Below are positions 20,484 to 30,892 of a DNA stretch of 64,000 nucleotides, one piece after another (the first letter of the stretch is position 1; each line of letters starts with the position of its first letter). Under the pieces are notes generated by a model that was not told the origin of the DNA, searched no databases, and saw only the letters and a list, made by a program, of their open reading frames with translations. Source of the DNA: an uncultured virus (IMG/VR IMGVR_UViG_3300020472_002474). Taxonomy: Duplodnaviria > Heunggongvirae > Uroviricota > Caudoviricetes. The stretch lies in IMG/VR virus record IMGVR_UViG_3300020472_002474, one strand, 5' to 3'. The position numbers were made by a program, and so were the translations under genes.

Positions 20484-21078
20484 AACTTAATAGTCCATGT
20501 TTATTAATATATTCAAATAATATGTTTGAATATTCCTCGTGATCTTTTTCTGTTGGATATCCAAGTTGATTATCGTAAAATTTTTTACCAAAAAATCTCT
20601 CTTGTAATAAAAGTGAACAAGATTTAATTTCTTCCATATACTGATTACCAAATCCAACGAAGAAAAGGTATGGTATTTTATTTTGAATAAATGTATTTTG
20701 TAACCCAATTATATTTCTAAAAAAATGACCATATTGAAATTCATCTGAATAGTGATTAGCTAACCACTCCTTACGATAATATTTTTCGTCATCTGATGAA
20801 TCAAAGCTAACTGTTTTATATTTTTGATTTTGATTGTGATAATACCATTCAATTCTTGATAAATCTGTTAATTGAATCACAACCATACTATCTTTAACAA
20901 TATCAGAACTTATTAACCAATTATATGTTCTTCTGAATATCCCATCATTTGAAGAACCACTTTCTGAGAGTCCCTGCACTTTTTCAACACCAAGATTTTT
21001 TCCTAATAAATCATCCCATCCTTTTTCTTTTACAGCCTGTGCAGTTAAACTACAACCATTTGAAACTAAGTATTTCAT
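20476..21078 (-). CDS. SGNH-like protein (DUF6071-like), paralog 1
   Basis: SNGCSLT; SGSSNDGIFR; C-terminal YPTEKDH (HP replaced by YP). Confidence 0.6.
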   Translation of the reverse strand: MKYLVSNGCSLTAQAVKEKGWDDLLGKNLGVEKVQGLSESGSSNDGIFRRTYNWLISSDIVKDSMVVIQLTDLSRIEWYYHNQNQKYKTVSFDSSDDEKYYRKEWLANHYSDEFQYGHFFRNIIGLQNTFIQNKIPYLFFVGFGNQYMEEIKSCSLLLQERFFGKKFYDNQLGYPTEKDHEEYSNILFEYINKHGLLSYD

Positions 21079-21980
21079 ATTAATTTATTACTCTTTATAA
21101 AATCAAATAATTCTTTAGCGATTCTTTTATGTCCATTCCTATTCGGATGATGTCCTTCTGACCATAAATTTTTATTTCTCTTTTTGTTCAATGAAAATTT
21201 AAAATGAGTATTATTTTTATCCGATTCATCATGTGGTTCTTCATCCCACCAAGTTGCAACTTCTACATTTTCCATAACTGAAAACATATTATCATATTTT
21301 TCATCAATATTAAAAAAATGTTTTTTATCAATAAGTGATTTTAAATTTGGTAATATACTTTCTATATTTTTTCCATCTTCATCACCTGTTTGATTCTCAT
21401 CAAAATTACTTTTAGGTATGTTTGTAAATGCACTAAACATAACATAATCTATATCATTTAATTTACATAAATTTTGAATTGTTAAAACATTATTAAAATA
21501 ACTAAATGACTCCATGTAGTCACTATATAAATAGGTAAAATAAGTTTCATTAATCGATTTAATTGTGCTAATTGGAAGGCCTGTTCTCTCATTTATATCC
21601 CTAATCCAACCACTACTTCCGTCATCATTTATAACATACATTCGATAAAAACCACTCTTGTTAGGAACATCTAACCAAATATCTCTCCTACCATATTCAG
21701 TTAATCCAAAAACTAATAAAAAATCACTATCATCATTTTGGTGCTTCGATAACCAATTTAAAAAGCATCTGACAATTCTTTCGTTTGAAGCTCCTGATAT
21801 TCCATTGTTTTGAAACGAATTATAATTTAAAAGTTTTTTTAATTCATTTCCATATGACCAAGTATCACGAACTGATGCATCATAAACATATTCACCTGTT
21901 TCGTCTCTATCTAATTCATCACCTGCTGTCCAAGAACACCCAAAGGTAACAACCTTTTTTTCTTTTAATTCTCTTTCCAT
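21075..21980 (-). CDS. SGNH-like protein, paralog 2
   Basis: FGCSWTAG; NGISGASNERIVR; HHPNRNGH. Likely start MERELK at 21980. Confidence 0.65.
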   Translation of the reverse strand: MERELKEKKVVTFGCSWTAGDELDRDETGEYVYDASVRDTWSYGNELKKLLNYNSFQNNGISGASNERIVRCFLNWLSKHQNDDSDFLLVFGLTEYGRRDIWLDVPNKSGFYRMYVINDDGSSGWIRDINERTGLPISTIKSINETYFTYLYSDYMESFSYFNNVLTIQNLCKLNDIDYVMFSAFTNIPKSNFDENQTGDEDGKNIESILPNLKSLIDKKHFFNIDEKYDNMFSVMENVEVATWWDEEPHDESDKNNTHFKFSLNKKRNKNLWSEGHHPNRNGHKRIAKELFDFIKSNKLI

Positions 21981-22624
21981 AACTTTACCGAAATATCTTT
22001 TCTGTTTTTCCAAGTCTCAGGAATCGACATACCACTTTTAAGACAAAATCCTGTAATGGTGCGTCTATCTTCCTTTGACCACTTATTAGTTGGTGTAACC
22101 CAATGTGGATTTTTAAGTGAGTGATTAATTATAACCAATCTGTTTGGATGTGGAAGTATTGTTTTTACATCATCCTTTAAAATCTGTAATTGACCACCCC
22201 AATCGTATTTCCAATTATGTTTAGTTAGATACAATATATAACCAATCGAACCCATATAATCATCGTAATGAACTCTTGAAAAATCCTTTCCATTTCTTTT
22301 ATATTTAGTTGCCTGATGTCTAACCATTTGGTTTTTTTCTTTGGACAACTTTTCAAGTAATGGTTTAATATACATATCATAAATTGAAATTGTTACAGAA
22401 TTATTTGCAACTTCAAAACTTGACCAAAAGTTTGCTATATAATTTTCATCAATTGATGGAAAATGTTTATTGTTGGTTTTCCACAAGTTATATCTGTTTT
22501 CTTTAATCTGTTTTATTTCTTCAAATTTACCATTGTCAAATATTTCAACTAACTCATCGTATTTATCCGTTGGTAAAAAGTCATCCACAATAACAAATCC
22601 ATCTTTATTGTATTTATTCTTCAT
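21965..22624 (-). CDS. 2OG-Fe(II) oxygenase (prolyl-hydroxylase-like)
   Basis: IVDDFLP; HYD; YILYLTKHNWKYDWGGQL; PHPNRLVI..H.VT..R.TITGF. Confidence 0.85.
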   Translation of the reverse strand: MKNKYNKDGFVIVDDFLPTDKYDELVEIFDNGKFEEIKQIKENRYNLWKTNNKHFPSIDENYIANFWSSFEVANNSVTISIYDMYIKPLLEKLSKEKNQMVRHQATKYKRNGKDFSRVHYDDYMGSIGYILYLTKHNWKYDWGGQLQILKDDVKTILPHPNRLVIINHSLKNPHWVTPTNKWSKEDRRTITGFCLKSGMSIPETWKNRKDISVKLWKEN

Positions 22625-23591
22625 TTAAAAAATCTTGGATTTGTTTGGTGTTGTATAATTCCTTAGACCATAACTCATTTCCCCTTTGACTTGGATGACT
22701 ATCTTGAAGAAACATAGAATCTTTACTATCTTGTTGTGTTAAAAATTTCAATTGAGAATTACCCCACATTTCATTTTTATAAAAAATATTCTTTGGTAAT
22801 AAACTAAATAATTCCGAAAGTATATGATTATCTCGTATGGTTTCTTTCAACTCATACATTTCAATTAATTCATGATTATGAACTGCCTTAATTAAATCAA
22901 CGGTTTCGTTAAATGAATTATAAAACATATGTTTGATATTGCACGATTTTAAAAAGAAATGTAAATACAAACATTGATTTAAATATTTTTCCATTAAGTA
23001 TGGTAAATTAGAAATAGCATTTATATAAGATTCAATATGTGGATTCATACTTCCGTTTGAATCATCATTTAATGAATTAATACCCCAAGTTTGATAAATT
23101 CCATCGTCATTCATATTAAACATATGGTCTCTGTAAAATGTTGTCCAACTCACTATGACAAAATAATCATTGGGATTGAATTTATCCTCTGTGAATTTAT
23201 CCTCATCATTTCCACTCCAACCATATTTAAAAAACCCCTCGTGATTATCTATACTTCCGTTAAATACACAAATTACTTTTAAAACCTTATCAACAATACC
23301 AGCATTAGATAATCCACCTCGACCAAAATTTAACGCTCCTCTTTCTATATTGTCTAAATGAGGTTCATCTACACTCCAATCATCTCGTGTGGTATCGAGT
23401 AATCTGTCTAAGTATCCAGTCCAACTATGTTTAAGTCTGTAACTATCCTTATACCTACCAACACTTGTATATGAAGTTTCTTCAGATGCAGATATTTGTT
23501 TTTTTGTTTCATTATATAATATGTTTGTATGAGGATCATCAAGTCCGCCACCTTCAACCCACGAATCACCAAATGTTAATATTCGTTTCAA
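22614..23591 (-). CDS. SGNH-like protein, paralog 3
   Basis: ILTFGDSWVEG; NFGRGGLSNAGI; DSHPSQRGNELW. Confidence 0.65.
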   Translation of the reverse strand: MKRILTFGDSWVEGGGLDDPHTNILYNETKKQISASEETSYTSVGRYKDSYRLKHSWTGYLDRLLDTTRDDWSVDEPHLDNIERGALNFGRGGLSNAGIVDKVLKVICVFNGSIDNHEGFFKYGWSGNDEDKFTEDKFNPNDYFVIVSWTTFYRDHMFNMNDDGIYQTWGINSLNDDSNGSMNPHIESYINAISNLPYLMEKYLNQCLYLHFFLKSCNIKHMFYNSFNETVDLIKAVHNHELIEMYELKETIRDNHILSELFSLLPKNIFYKNEMWGNSQLKFLTQQDSKDSMFLQDSHPSQRGNELWSKELYNTKQIQDFLNEE

Positions 23592-23592
23592 T

Positions 23593-24537
23593 TTATGTAT
23601 TCCTAAATCTACTATAATCGTTGTTGATTATGATTCTATAAGCCTTTATTAGTTCTCGTATCCCATCATCAAGTGAATATTTTGGTGACCATCCTGTTGC
23701 CTCTATTTTATCGTTAGAAACAATGTAATTCCTTTTATCAGGATCACTGTAAAAATCTGAAAAATTAATATCAAAGTGTGGTATAAACTTTTTAATCTTA
23801 TAAACCAACTCCTCTTTGTTTAAATTAGAATCCGACAATCCAACATTAAACATTTCACCATTGTATTTTTCGTAATTCTCTAACATAAAAACAAACGCAG
23901 AAATTACATCTTGTATATGTATGTAATTTCTCTTAAAGTCCTTTTCAAATACCGTAATATATGTGTCGGTAATGGCCTTATACACGAATTCATTAACCAA
24001 TAAATCTAATCTCATTCTCGGTGATGTTCCAAATACGGTGGCCAATCTTAATGTTATTCCATTTCCATTATCCACTATAATTGATTCGGCATCTACCTTT
24101 GTCTGTCCATAATGACTTACAGGATTTAATGGTGATTCTTCTGTACAATGAATTCCATCCTCACCGACTCCATATCCACTATTTGAATTAGGGTAGATTA
24201 TTTTTTGGTCGTCTCTTAAATTTTCTACAATAAATTTTATCTGTTCGTAATTTACTTCTGTTGCTAACTTTTTATCCTTATCGCATGCAGGAAACCCCAC
24301 TATTGCCGCTAAAGGAAAAATAACATCTGAGTTTTTAATGTAACTTAACAGATTTTTTCTATCCCTAACATCACCCATGACAAATTCAAAATTTGGATAA
24401 TGACACACATCAACCAAAGATAACTGCTTATACATTAAGTTATCATAAACCGTAACATTATATCCCAAGTCGAGTAATTCTCTCGATAGGATAGAACCTA
24501 AATATCCAGCACCACCTGTAATTAAAACTTTTTTCAT
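23593..24537 (-). CDS. NAD-dependent NDP-sugar epimerase/dehydratase (extended SDR)
   Basis: VLITGGAGYLGS, LAAIVGFPAC, YGQTK, LRLATVFGTSPRMRLDLLVN. Confidence 0.88.
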   Translation of the reverse strand: MKKVLITGGAGYLGSILSRELLDLGYNVTVYDNLMYKQLSLVDVCHYPNFEFVMGDVRDRKNLLSYIKNSDVIFPLAAIVGFPACDKDKKLATEVNYEQIKFIVENLRDDQKIIYPNSNSGYGVGEDGIHCTEESPLNPVSHYGQTKVDAESIIVDNGNGITLRLATVFGTSPRMRLDLLVNEFVYKAITDTYITVFEKDFKRNYIHIQDVISAFVFMLENYEKYNGEMFNVGLSDSNLNKEELVYKIKKFIPHFDINFSDFYSDPDKRNYIVSNDKIEATGWSPKYSLDDGIRELIKAYRIIINNDYSRFRNT

Positions 24538-25355
24538 TTTTTAACCTCACTTAAAATTATTGATTTGTCTGTAGCAGTTTCATAAAAATAAAAACCATTC
24601 CATGTATCAAATCTTGCCTGTATTCCTTCATTAGAAACACATTCAGAATAATCTATAAATGGTAATCTTTTATCTTCTTTACCTCCTGTAGCTATTTTTG
24701 ACTTATAACTAAAACTTTTTATATATTCTATCAACTTTTTACATTTTTCCGATTCATTCTCGTGATTAAACCACCGACTCCTTAAAGAAATCCTCATAGC
24801 AATTCCATTTCCTCTTTTTGGAGGATCGTGAAAAAATCCTATTGGTGAAAAATAAGAAAACTTATCCCCTACTTGTGTTGTATAACCAAGTCGTTCAGTT
24901 TCATCTTTTTTAAGTATACACAATGTTCTACCTTCATTAAATTTTAACCAAATAAAATTATCTTCATCAACATGGGCACCAACTGATGGTTTTGGTATTT
25001 CATTATTTTGTCCACCAGCATCCCAAAATACTTGAACTTCGTGTATTGCAAACATCGAACCGAACAACTCAGTCAATACACTCGTTACATATGAAAAGTC
25101 ATCCCAAGTATCATCATTTAAACTCAATGTAAATCTTTGGTCATTTACATTTTCAAATTTTTCGTCATCAGAATATGTCTTACATATAAGATATTTTTGC
25201 CAATCTTCTGTTGTGCTCATTATGTCTAAAATATTATTATGAATATTATCATAATTGTCCTTTAGAATATTAACATCTATTATATCATCAAGCGAAACAT
25301 AATCACATCTTTGATTTAACCTATTTTTATTTAAGATTTGCATTCCGTAATCCAT
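24534..25355 (-). CDS. Hypothetical protein, possible cupin/Fe-oxygenase; paralog of 30116..30892
   Basis: GAHVDE...FFHD candidate HxD...H triad; N-terminal YVSLDDIIDV resembles YLNISDIIDV of 30116..30892. Confidence 0.45.
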   Translation of the reverse strand: MDYGMQILNKNRLNQRCDYVSLDDIIDVNILKDNYDNIHNNILDIMSTTEDWQKYLICKTYSDDEKFENVNDQRFTLSLNDDTWDDFSYVTSVLTELFGSMFAIHEVQVFWDAGGQNNEIPKPSVGAHVDEDNFIWLKFNEGRTLCILKKDETERLGYTTQVGDKFSYFSPIGFFHDPPKRGNGIAMRISLRSRWFNHENESEKCKKLIEYIKSFSYKSKIATGGKEDKRLPFIDYSECVSNEGIQARFDTWNGFYFYETATDKSIILSEVKK

Positions 25356-25357
25356 AC

Positions 25358-26848
25358 CTAAAACACCTTTACTCCATATTTCTTACTAAACTCCACTCCA
25401 TCATTATAAGAATTTACTATTGGTTGTCCTTTTATGTTTAGACTTGTGTTTAATACCATAGGACATCCTGTTTCTTCATAAAACCTTTTTATTAAATTAT
25501 AATAACCAAGATTATCTTCTTTACTTACGGTTTGAACTCTTGAAGTATTATCAACATGACATATTGCCGGATATTTATCAGGAAACTTACAAGGTGCCGT
25601 AAACTGCATAAACTGAGACTTTCTAACTGGCATATCAAATATTTCGTGTGCGTGTTCTTCCAATACCGATGGTGCAAATGGTCTAAACTTTTGTCTATTT
25701 TTAATCTCATTCATTTGGTTTTTAATATTCTTACCTCTTGGATCTGCCAATAAACTTCGATTACCGAGTGCCCGTGGCCCAAATTCTGCCCTTCCGTTTG
25801 CCACACCAACTATATTACCTTTAAGTAATTCGTCTAATACTTTCTTTTTTGGATAACGACCTTTAATATCATATCCTGTAAATGGTGATGTCCAATTTAT
25901 ATGTTCACCGAATACATAAGCCGCTGAACCTAATGAACTTCCTGCATCACCAGGATTTGGTAATATCCACAAATTAGGGTAATGGTCACGGGCGATGATT
26001 GAGTTAGCAACACAATTTAATGCCACTCCACCCATATAAACACAATTATCCGTTTCAGGAACTAATTGTTTTGTTAGTTCAAATACCTTTACGATTTCTT
26101 CCTCACATATTGCTTGGACATTTGCTGCTATATCAAATTTCCATTGTTCACTATCATCATCCTTGTAGTATTTAGGATTCCAATCTAAACAACCTCTATG
26201 TAAATTATCCTTTAGGTCAATCAGTTTATCACTTTTGTTAAAGAAATCGTTTCGTATGTTCTGTTTTAATTCTTCATCCACCGTTCCCCAACCAGCCATT
26301 CCCATAAGAATGTATTCATCTTCTTGTGGTTTCAATCCTAATCGTTGAGTCATTGCTGAATACCACAATCCAAGTGATTTTGGATACTTTAAACTATATC
26401 GTTTTTCAAAATGACTTCCCCAAGCATACCAAATCGTACAAGTCTCAAACTCTCCTATTGCATCTATAACTACGATTGCTGATTCCTCATATGGACTTGT
26501 ATAATAACCTGCCGCAGCATGAGATTGGTGGTGTTGGACATACTCTATTTCTGAATTACCAACGAAATCTCTCAAGTAATATGATGGTAAATTCTTACGA
26601 GATAAAACCTCTCCATATTGACCTGCCTTTAATTGTCTTGCTTTCTTAAGCCAAGGTCTTTCAAAGTAAACCACTTTATCTGGCTTACCACCATGTCTGA
26701 ATGAATCTGCAAATAGAGCACTATTCAAATCAGAATCGTTTTTAACCCCACTATATCTCTCACTATGACCAGCAAATAATACTTCACCATCTTGTATCAT
26801 AGCTATAGCAGCGTCATGATTTAATGCATTTATTCCTAATATTTTCAT
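25358..26848 (-). CDS. O-carbamoyltransferase (NodU/CmcH/TobZ family)
   Basis: ILGINALNHDAA, HHQSHAAAG, VIDAIGE, GGVALNCVAN, PGDAGSSLG, EFGPRALGNRS, FRPFAP, LNTSLN. Confidence 0.95.
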   Translation of the reverse strand: MKILGINALNHDAAIAMIQDGEVLFAGHSERYSGVKNDSDLNSALFADSFRHGGKPDKVVYFERPWLKKARQLKAGQYGEVLSRKNLPSYYLRDFVGNSEIEYVQHHQSHAAAGYYTSPYEESAIVVIDAIGEFETCTIWYAWGSHFEKRYSLKYPKSLGLWYSAMTQRLGLKPQEDEYILMGMAGWGTVDEELKQNIRNDFFNKSDKLIDLKDNLHRGCLDWNPKYYKDDDSEQWKFDIAANVQAICEEEIVKVFELTKQLVPETDNCVYMGGVALNCVANSIIARDHYPNLWILPNPGDAGSSLGSAAYVFGEHINWTSPFTGYDIKGRYPKKKVLDELLKGNIVGVANGRAEFGPRALGNRSLLADPRGKNIKNQMNEIKNRQKFRPFAPSVLEEHAHEIFDMPVRKSQFMQFTAPCKFPDKYPAICHVDNTSRVQTVSKEDNLGYYNLIKRFYEETGCPMVLNTSLNIKGQPIVNSYNDGVEFSKKYGVKVF

Positions 26849-27732
26849 AATACTAAATAGGGTGGCTCTCCTTTATTACCATTACCTTTTTTATCTGACA
26901 AGTCTACCCACCATATCGAACTTGCTCCACCAAATCGTAAAGGTCGTTTTAAAATTCTTGATGCCTGTCTTACTCCCCAAAAATATTCAGGATCTACATG
27001 AGTTTTTCCAGGAACACTATTTTCATCAGGTATCCAAGTGTCTTTTTTTACTCCAGCAGGATCTACATTATCATAATAAAAATCATGACCACATACTTTA
27101 CCGTTAGGTGCCATAAAGTAAGACCAATACTGAACTTGTTGTGCAATATCATAACTATGTTCATCGTCAATAAACAATAAATCTATTTTCTGATAATCTT
27201 TGGTGCCAGGTTTGTAAGATTCTTGTCTATGAAACCAATCAATTTCATATTCCTCTCTTTTCATACCCGTTTCTTCATAATATGAATCACCGAACATATT
27301 TCTACCATTGGGTGATTGACCTTTTATTCTTGTTATATTACTACAATCAGAAGTCCATTTTTGATGTTCTATCATTGGGTCCCAATATCCTTCTCCCATA
27401 TCTTTAACAGATAATATTTCCTTATCTGTGTGCCATCTTGATTTTGGATTTGTACTCAAATCACCATTTAAATCTTTAAATTCAATATCAAGTCTTGGAT
27501 TTATCACATTGTATATTTCTTCATTTAATATGGAAAGAGTTCCTTCTCTCCACAAGTCTATACATATAACTCTTACGGATGGATGACAACTCTTTGACAA
27601 GGTATATGATGACCTTCCACAAAAACTACCAACTTCTAAAATTAAACCATCTTCTGGCACTTCACTTGCAAAGTATTCAAGAACCGTTAAATCTTCTTCT
27701 GTTGCCCAACCTGGTATTTCAAGATTCATCAT
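26845..27732 (-). CDS. Class I SAM-dependent methyltransferase (Methyltransf_24-like)
   Basis: ILEVGSFCGRSS, CIDLW, IDLLFIDDEHSY, GKVCGHDF. Confidence 0.85.
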   Translation of the reverse strand: MMNLEIPGWATEEDLTVLEYFASEVPEDGLILEVGSFCGRSSYTLSKSCHPSVRVICIDLWREGTLSILNEEIYNVINPRLDIEFKDLNGDLSTNPKSRWHTDKEILSVKDMGEGYWDPMIEHQKWTSDCSNITRIKGQSPNGRNMFGDSYYEETGMKREEYEIDWFHRQESYKPGTKDYQKIDLLFIDDEHSYDIAQQVQYWSYFMAPNGKVCGHDFYYDNVDPAGVKKDTWIPDENSVPGKTHVDPEYFWGVRQASRILKRPLRFGGASSIWWVDLSDKKGNGNKGEPPYLVL

Positions 27733-27734
27733 AA

Positions 27735-28691
27735 TTAAAAACTCTCCAAAATAGGTTCTATAACTTTATCGACAAATTCTTCGTGTGAAAGTTCTGATGG
27801 ATGACCTGGATCTCCTTCACCATTTCCCCACGCGTGATTTTCACCTATGTTTATCCATTCGGCCAAACCACCATATTCTATTTGGTCATCCTCGTAGAAC
27901 CACCACTTAGAAAAATCTACCATATCCCATAGATGAGTTGTATTTGGATAAATATCTTTTAATAATTTTGAATCCTTTGATATTTTCTGAGTTATCTCTT
28001 TTGGAAATTTTATATTATCGTGATATTGATTATAATTCCAACCCATACACCATATATCATGTCCTGTTAAATTTGCATTTTCGTTAGCATAACCTTTTGG
28101 GACTCTAAAACTATACTTGTTAAAAATATTTTGCCACGACATAAGTCTATATCTGATATTTTTACTATTAAGATACCATTGTAATCTCAATATACTTTCA
28201 AGTGTTCTAATAAAACTTTCTTCTTCCGTGTAAAAATTTTTAAAATAGTTATCAAATAACTTAACAACAGGTTTATTTTCCCATTCCATACCACGAGTTG
28301 AACTTTTTAACCAACAAGATTCCTCAAAGGGAATTTTATACTCGTTTTCTCTACCAACAAAATTTTCTAACCAATTCATATCATTTCCACTTATGTAAAG
28401 TTTATGCATTGGTGTTTCTCTTTCGGTAGATAAAACTTCGTATCTATCAACTCCACTCCACATTACCAATACCGAAATATCACTTGGATTAGTTCCTTCG
28501 TTTAGCATTCTATCAACTTGATAAATAACACTTCGTGATATGTATTGATTTCCAGCACCAGGTGTTCCTATGTTATGAACCCAACCATGTTTTGATTGAT
28601 TGATATGATATGGCCAAGATTTACCACAATTAGTAAAACTACAACCACCTGTTATAATGTGTTTGTTTGGAATCTTAGTTTCTATACTCAA
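27735..28691 (-). CDS. SGNH-like protein, paralog 4
   Basis: TGGCSFT..SWP; NIGTPGAGNQYISR; VMWSGVDR; GHPSELSH. Confidence 0.65.
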   Translation of the reverse strand: MSIETKIPNKHIITGGCSFTNCGKSWPYHINQSKHGWVHNIGTPGAGNQYISRSVIYQVDRMLNEGTNPSDISVLVMWSGVDRYEVLSTERETPMHKLYISGNDMNWLENFVGRENEYKIPFEESCWLKSSTRGMEWENKPVVKLFDNYFKNFYTEEESFIRTLESILRLQWYLNSKNIRYRLMSWQNIFNKYSFRVPKGYANENANLTGHDIWCMGWNYNQYHDNIKFPKEITQKISKDSKLLKDIYPNTTHLWDMVDFSKWWFYEDDQIEYGGLAEWINIGENHAWGNGEGDPGHPSELSHEEFVDKVIEPILESF

Positions 28692-28708
28692 TATAACCTC
28701 TGTTATTT

Positions 28709-28813
28709 TTATTTATAGATAAACGGATCTCGTTTTCTTATTTCTTTTATTTTCTTCCTATACGAAAACCAAGTTTTGATACGGTAGAACCAATATTGTA
28801 TTTTTTTAAACAT
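28709..28813 (-). CDS. Small basic peptide (34 aa) MFKKIQYWFYRIKTWFSYRKKIKEIRKRDPFIYK
   Basis: Not in ORF track; ATG with strong AGGAG RBS (28818-28823 region), preceded by an ATACTTATT promoter-like motif; fills the intergenic gap. Confidence 0.7.
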   Translation of the reverse strand: MFKKIQYWFYRIKTWFSYRKKIKEIRKRDPFIYK

Positions 28814-28840
28814 ATTTACTCCTATTAATAAGTATTAAAC

Positions 28841-29626
28841 TTAAAATAATTCTAATATTTTTTTTGCAATTAACTCATGACCTTTTTCAGTAGGATGTTT
28901 ATATTCACCTATGAGGTCATCATCATATAAATATTGCTGTGAAGTTAAAAAATGATATGAGTTAAATGATTTAAAACTTTTAGGACAGCTATTCCACATT
29001 GGTAATAAACCAAAATAATCATTATGATTATCAAAGTCATCCCATTTTTCTCTACCATTTGTGATGTAATCTATTTCACTAAATTCTTGAACAATTTTTG
29101 AAACATTATCTTCCATTGGGTAAAATGCATTAAAAAATAGATGTTTTACATTTAACGAATTTAAAGTATGATGTAACAATAAAACATTACTCAACCATTT
29201 AGAATACATACCTTTTATACTACCAAACCTATCTTTTAATTTGGTATCATCGTAATCTCTGTCACCTGGTTTAAATCCCCAACCATCTTCAACATCATGT
29301 CTCATCTGTTTCCATTGATTCAATTCTTCATTATAATATTCAAAACGAGTTGGTGATGTCCACCCAATCACAACATACAAATCGTCTAATGATACATTAA
29401 TATTTTGTGTATTTTCTGACCATATATCTTTTCCGTTTTGTATTAATGATATATCTCTCAATGTTGTTCTGACTATTCTATCATTAGAAGCACCTGATGT
29501 TGAAATGTTAAAATCTACCATATTTTTTTCTTTAGAAATTATTGAACTATAACGATTTTTACTTCTTGTTTCTAAATCTAACTCTGTTCCAAATGACCAA
29601 GAATCACCATTTGTATATAATATCAT
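28841..29626 (-). CDS. SGNH-like protein (DUF6071-like), paralog 5
   Basis: MILYTNGDSWSFG; SGASNDRIVRTT; IGWTSPTRFE; KHPTEKGHELIA. Confidence 0.7.
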   Translation of the reverse strand: MILYTNGDSWSFGTELDLETRSKNRYSSIISKEKNMVDFNISTSGASNDRIVRTTLRDISLIQNGKDIWSENTQNINVSLDDLYVVIGWTSPTRFEYYNEELNQWKQMRHDVEDGWGFKPGDRDYDDTKLKDRFGSIKGMYSKWLSNVLLLHHTLNSLNVKHLFFNAFYPMEDNVSKIVQEFSEIDYITNGREKWDDFDNHNDYFGLLPMWNSCPKSFKSFNSYHFLTSQQYLYDDDLIGEYKHPTEKGHELIAKKILELF

Positions 29627-30129
29627 TTTCTATGTCCTGTTATTTGTAATGTATATCTATTTTCAACACCTATGTTTGCTGCGAAATGTTCCGTTCTACC
29701 ATTCCAAGATGCATAATTACCAGCTTTCCACTCTAACATTGGTTTACCTTCTAATTCAAAGTAATGACCACTTTTCCAATCTTCTAAAAATACAAGAATC
29801 TTAACTACCTGCTCAGTTTTACAATTAAATTTCTCAGTATAGACATTGTAAGCATCAGTATGATTGGGGATTATGGTGTTAGTTTTCATACGATAATAAC
29901 AACAACCAACATCTTGTAATTCTTGAACTTCAGTTGCCCACTTTACTATACCATCATTCCATTTTGGTTGAACATCTCCATGATTTGCCATTTCACCAGA
30001 AAATGATTCGATAGGATTTTGATAACCTTGTTCTCTCCACCCTTGTATGGCATACTCATCATTGAAAATTTCTTTTCTATAATTTAATTTTTTATATTCG
30101 TCATCCCAAAATGGTTCAATTCGTTTCAT
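29623..30129 (-). CDS. 2OG-Fe(II)/AspH-like cupin oxygenase
   Basis: IPNHTD...VFLEDWKSGHYFE...HFAANIGVENRYTLQITG (HxD...H...R). Likely start MKRIEP at 30129. Confidence 0.7.
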   Translation of the reverse strand: MKRIEPFWDDEYKKLNYRKEIFNDEYAIQGWREQGYQNPIESFSGEMANHGDVQPKWNDGIVKWATEVQELQDVGCCYYRMKTNTIIPNHTDAYNVYTEKFNCKTEQVVKILVFLEDWKSGHYFELEGKPMLEWKAGNYASWNGRTEHFAANIGVENRYTLQITGHRK

Positions 30130-30892
30130 TGTGAACTCCCCATGCATCTTTTATATCTATTCCCATATTACTATATTCTACTTCTCTTTTATTTCTCCAT
30201 TCTTGTGCAGAATTTAAATAATCATTTAATTGTTGATTTTTACATTTTAATGGTTCTTTATGTATTAACGGATCTAACATAATAGAAATTCCTGTTGAAT
30301 TTTCTAAACTTCCGTGATAATCAGATGGTGTGAATATTATAGCATTTCCATTAGTCTTATGTAATATTCTTTCTTCCCAATCGTATAAATATATTCCACC
30401 CTTTTCTTTACTTGGTGTTGTCCATATTCTAATACAACTTTCATTGTTATGAAAATCTTTCATTATATTCTTATGTAATTCATCATCATCAATGCTTCCA
30501 GCATCCAAATCACCTATTCGTTGATTCTTTAATAATGTGGAGAAATCAAACCTAAAATGAAATGATGAATAGAATAAATCATTTATTTCAAAGTAATCAT
30601 TCCAAAAATCAAAAAGGTAATCCAACCTACCTAATATACCCCTCATCCACTTTGGACAACCTTCAATTCCTCCAGCAACTTCCAATGAACCACAAGGACT
30701 CAATTGGTATAAATTGTCAATAGTTAGTTTTTCCTCTATATATACTGCATCAAGATTTTCCTTAAACAATTCATCATTATTTAAACAATAAATTATATCA
30801 TTGATAATCCTACTATCTAACTTTTCGTATTTCTCAACATCTATTATATCAGAAATATTTAAGTATGGTTTATTCTTTCCAACTCCTATCAA
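30116..30892 (-). CDS. Hypothetical protein, possible cupin; paralog of 24534..25355
   Basis: Shared N-terminal ISDIIDV and C-terminal F(T/S)P..(Y/F)H....GI pattern. Confidence 0.45.
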   Translation of the reverse strand: MIGVGKNKPYLNISDIIDVEKYEKLDSRIINDIIYCLNNDELFKENLDAVYIEEKLTIDNLYQLSPCGSLEVAGGIEGCPKWMRGILGRLDYLFDFWNDYFEINDLFYSSFHFRFDFSTLLKNQRIGDLDAGSIDDDELHKNIMKDFHNNESCIRIWTTPSKEKGGIYLYDWEERILHKTNGNAIIFTPSDYHGSLENSTGISIMLDPLIHKEPLKCKNQQLNDYLNSAQEWRNKREVEYSNMGIDIKDAWGVHNETN

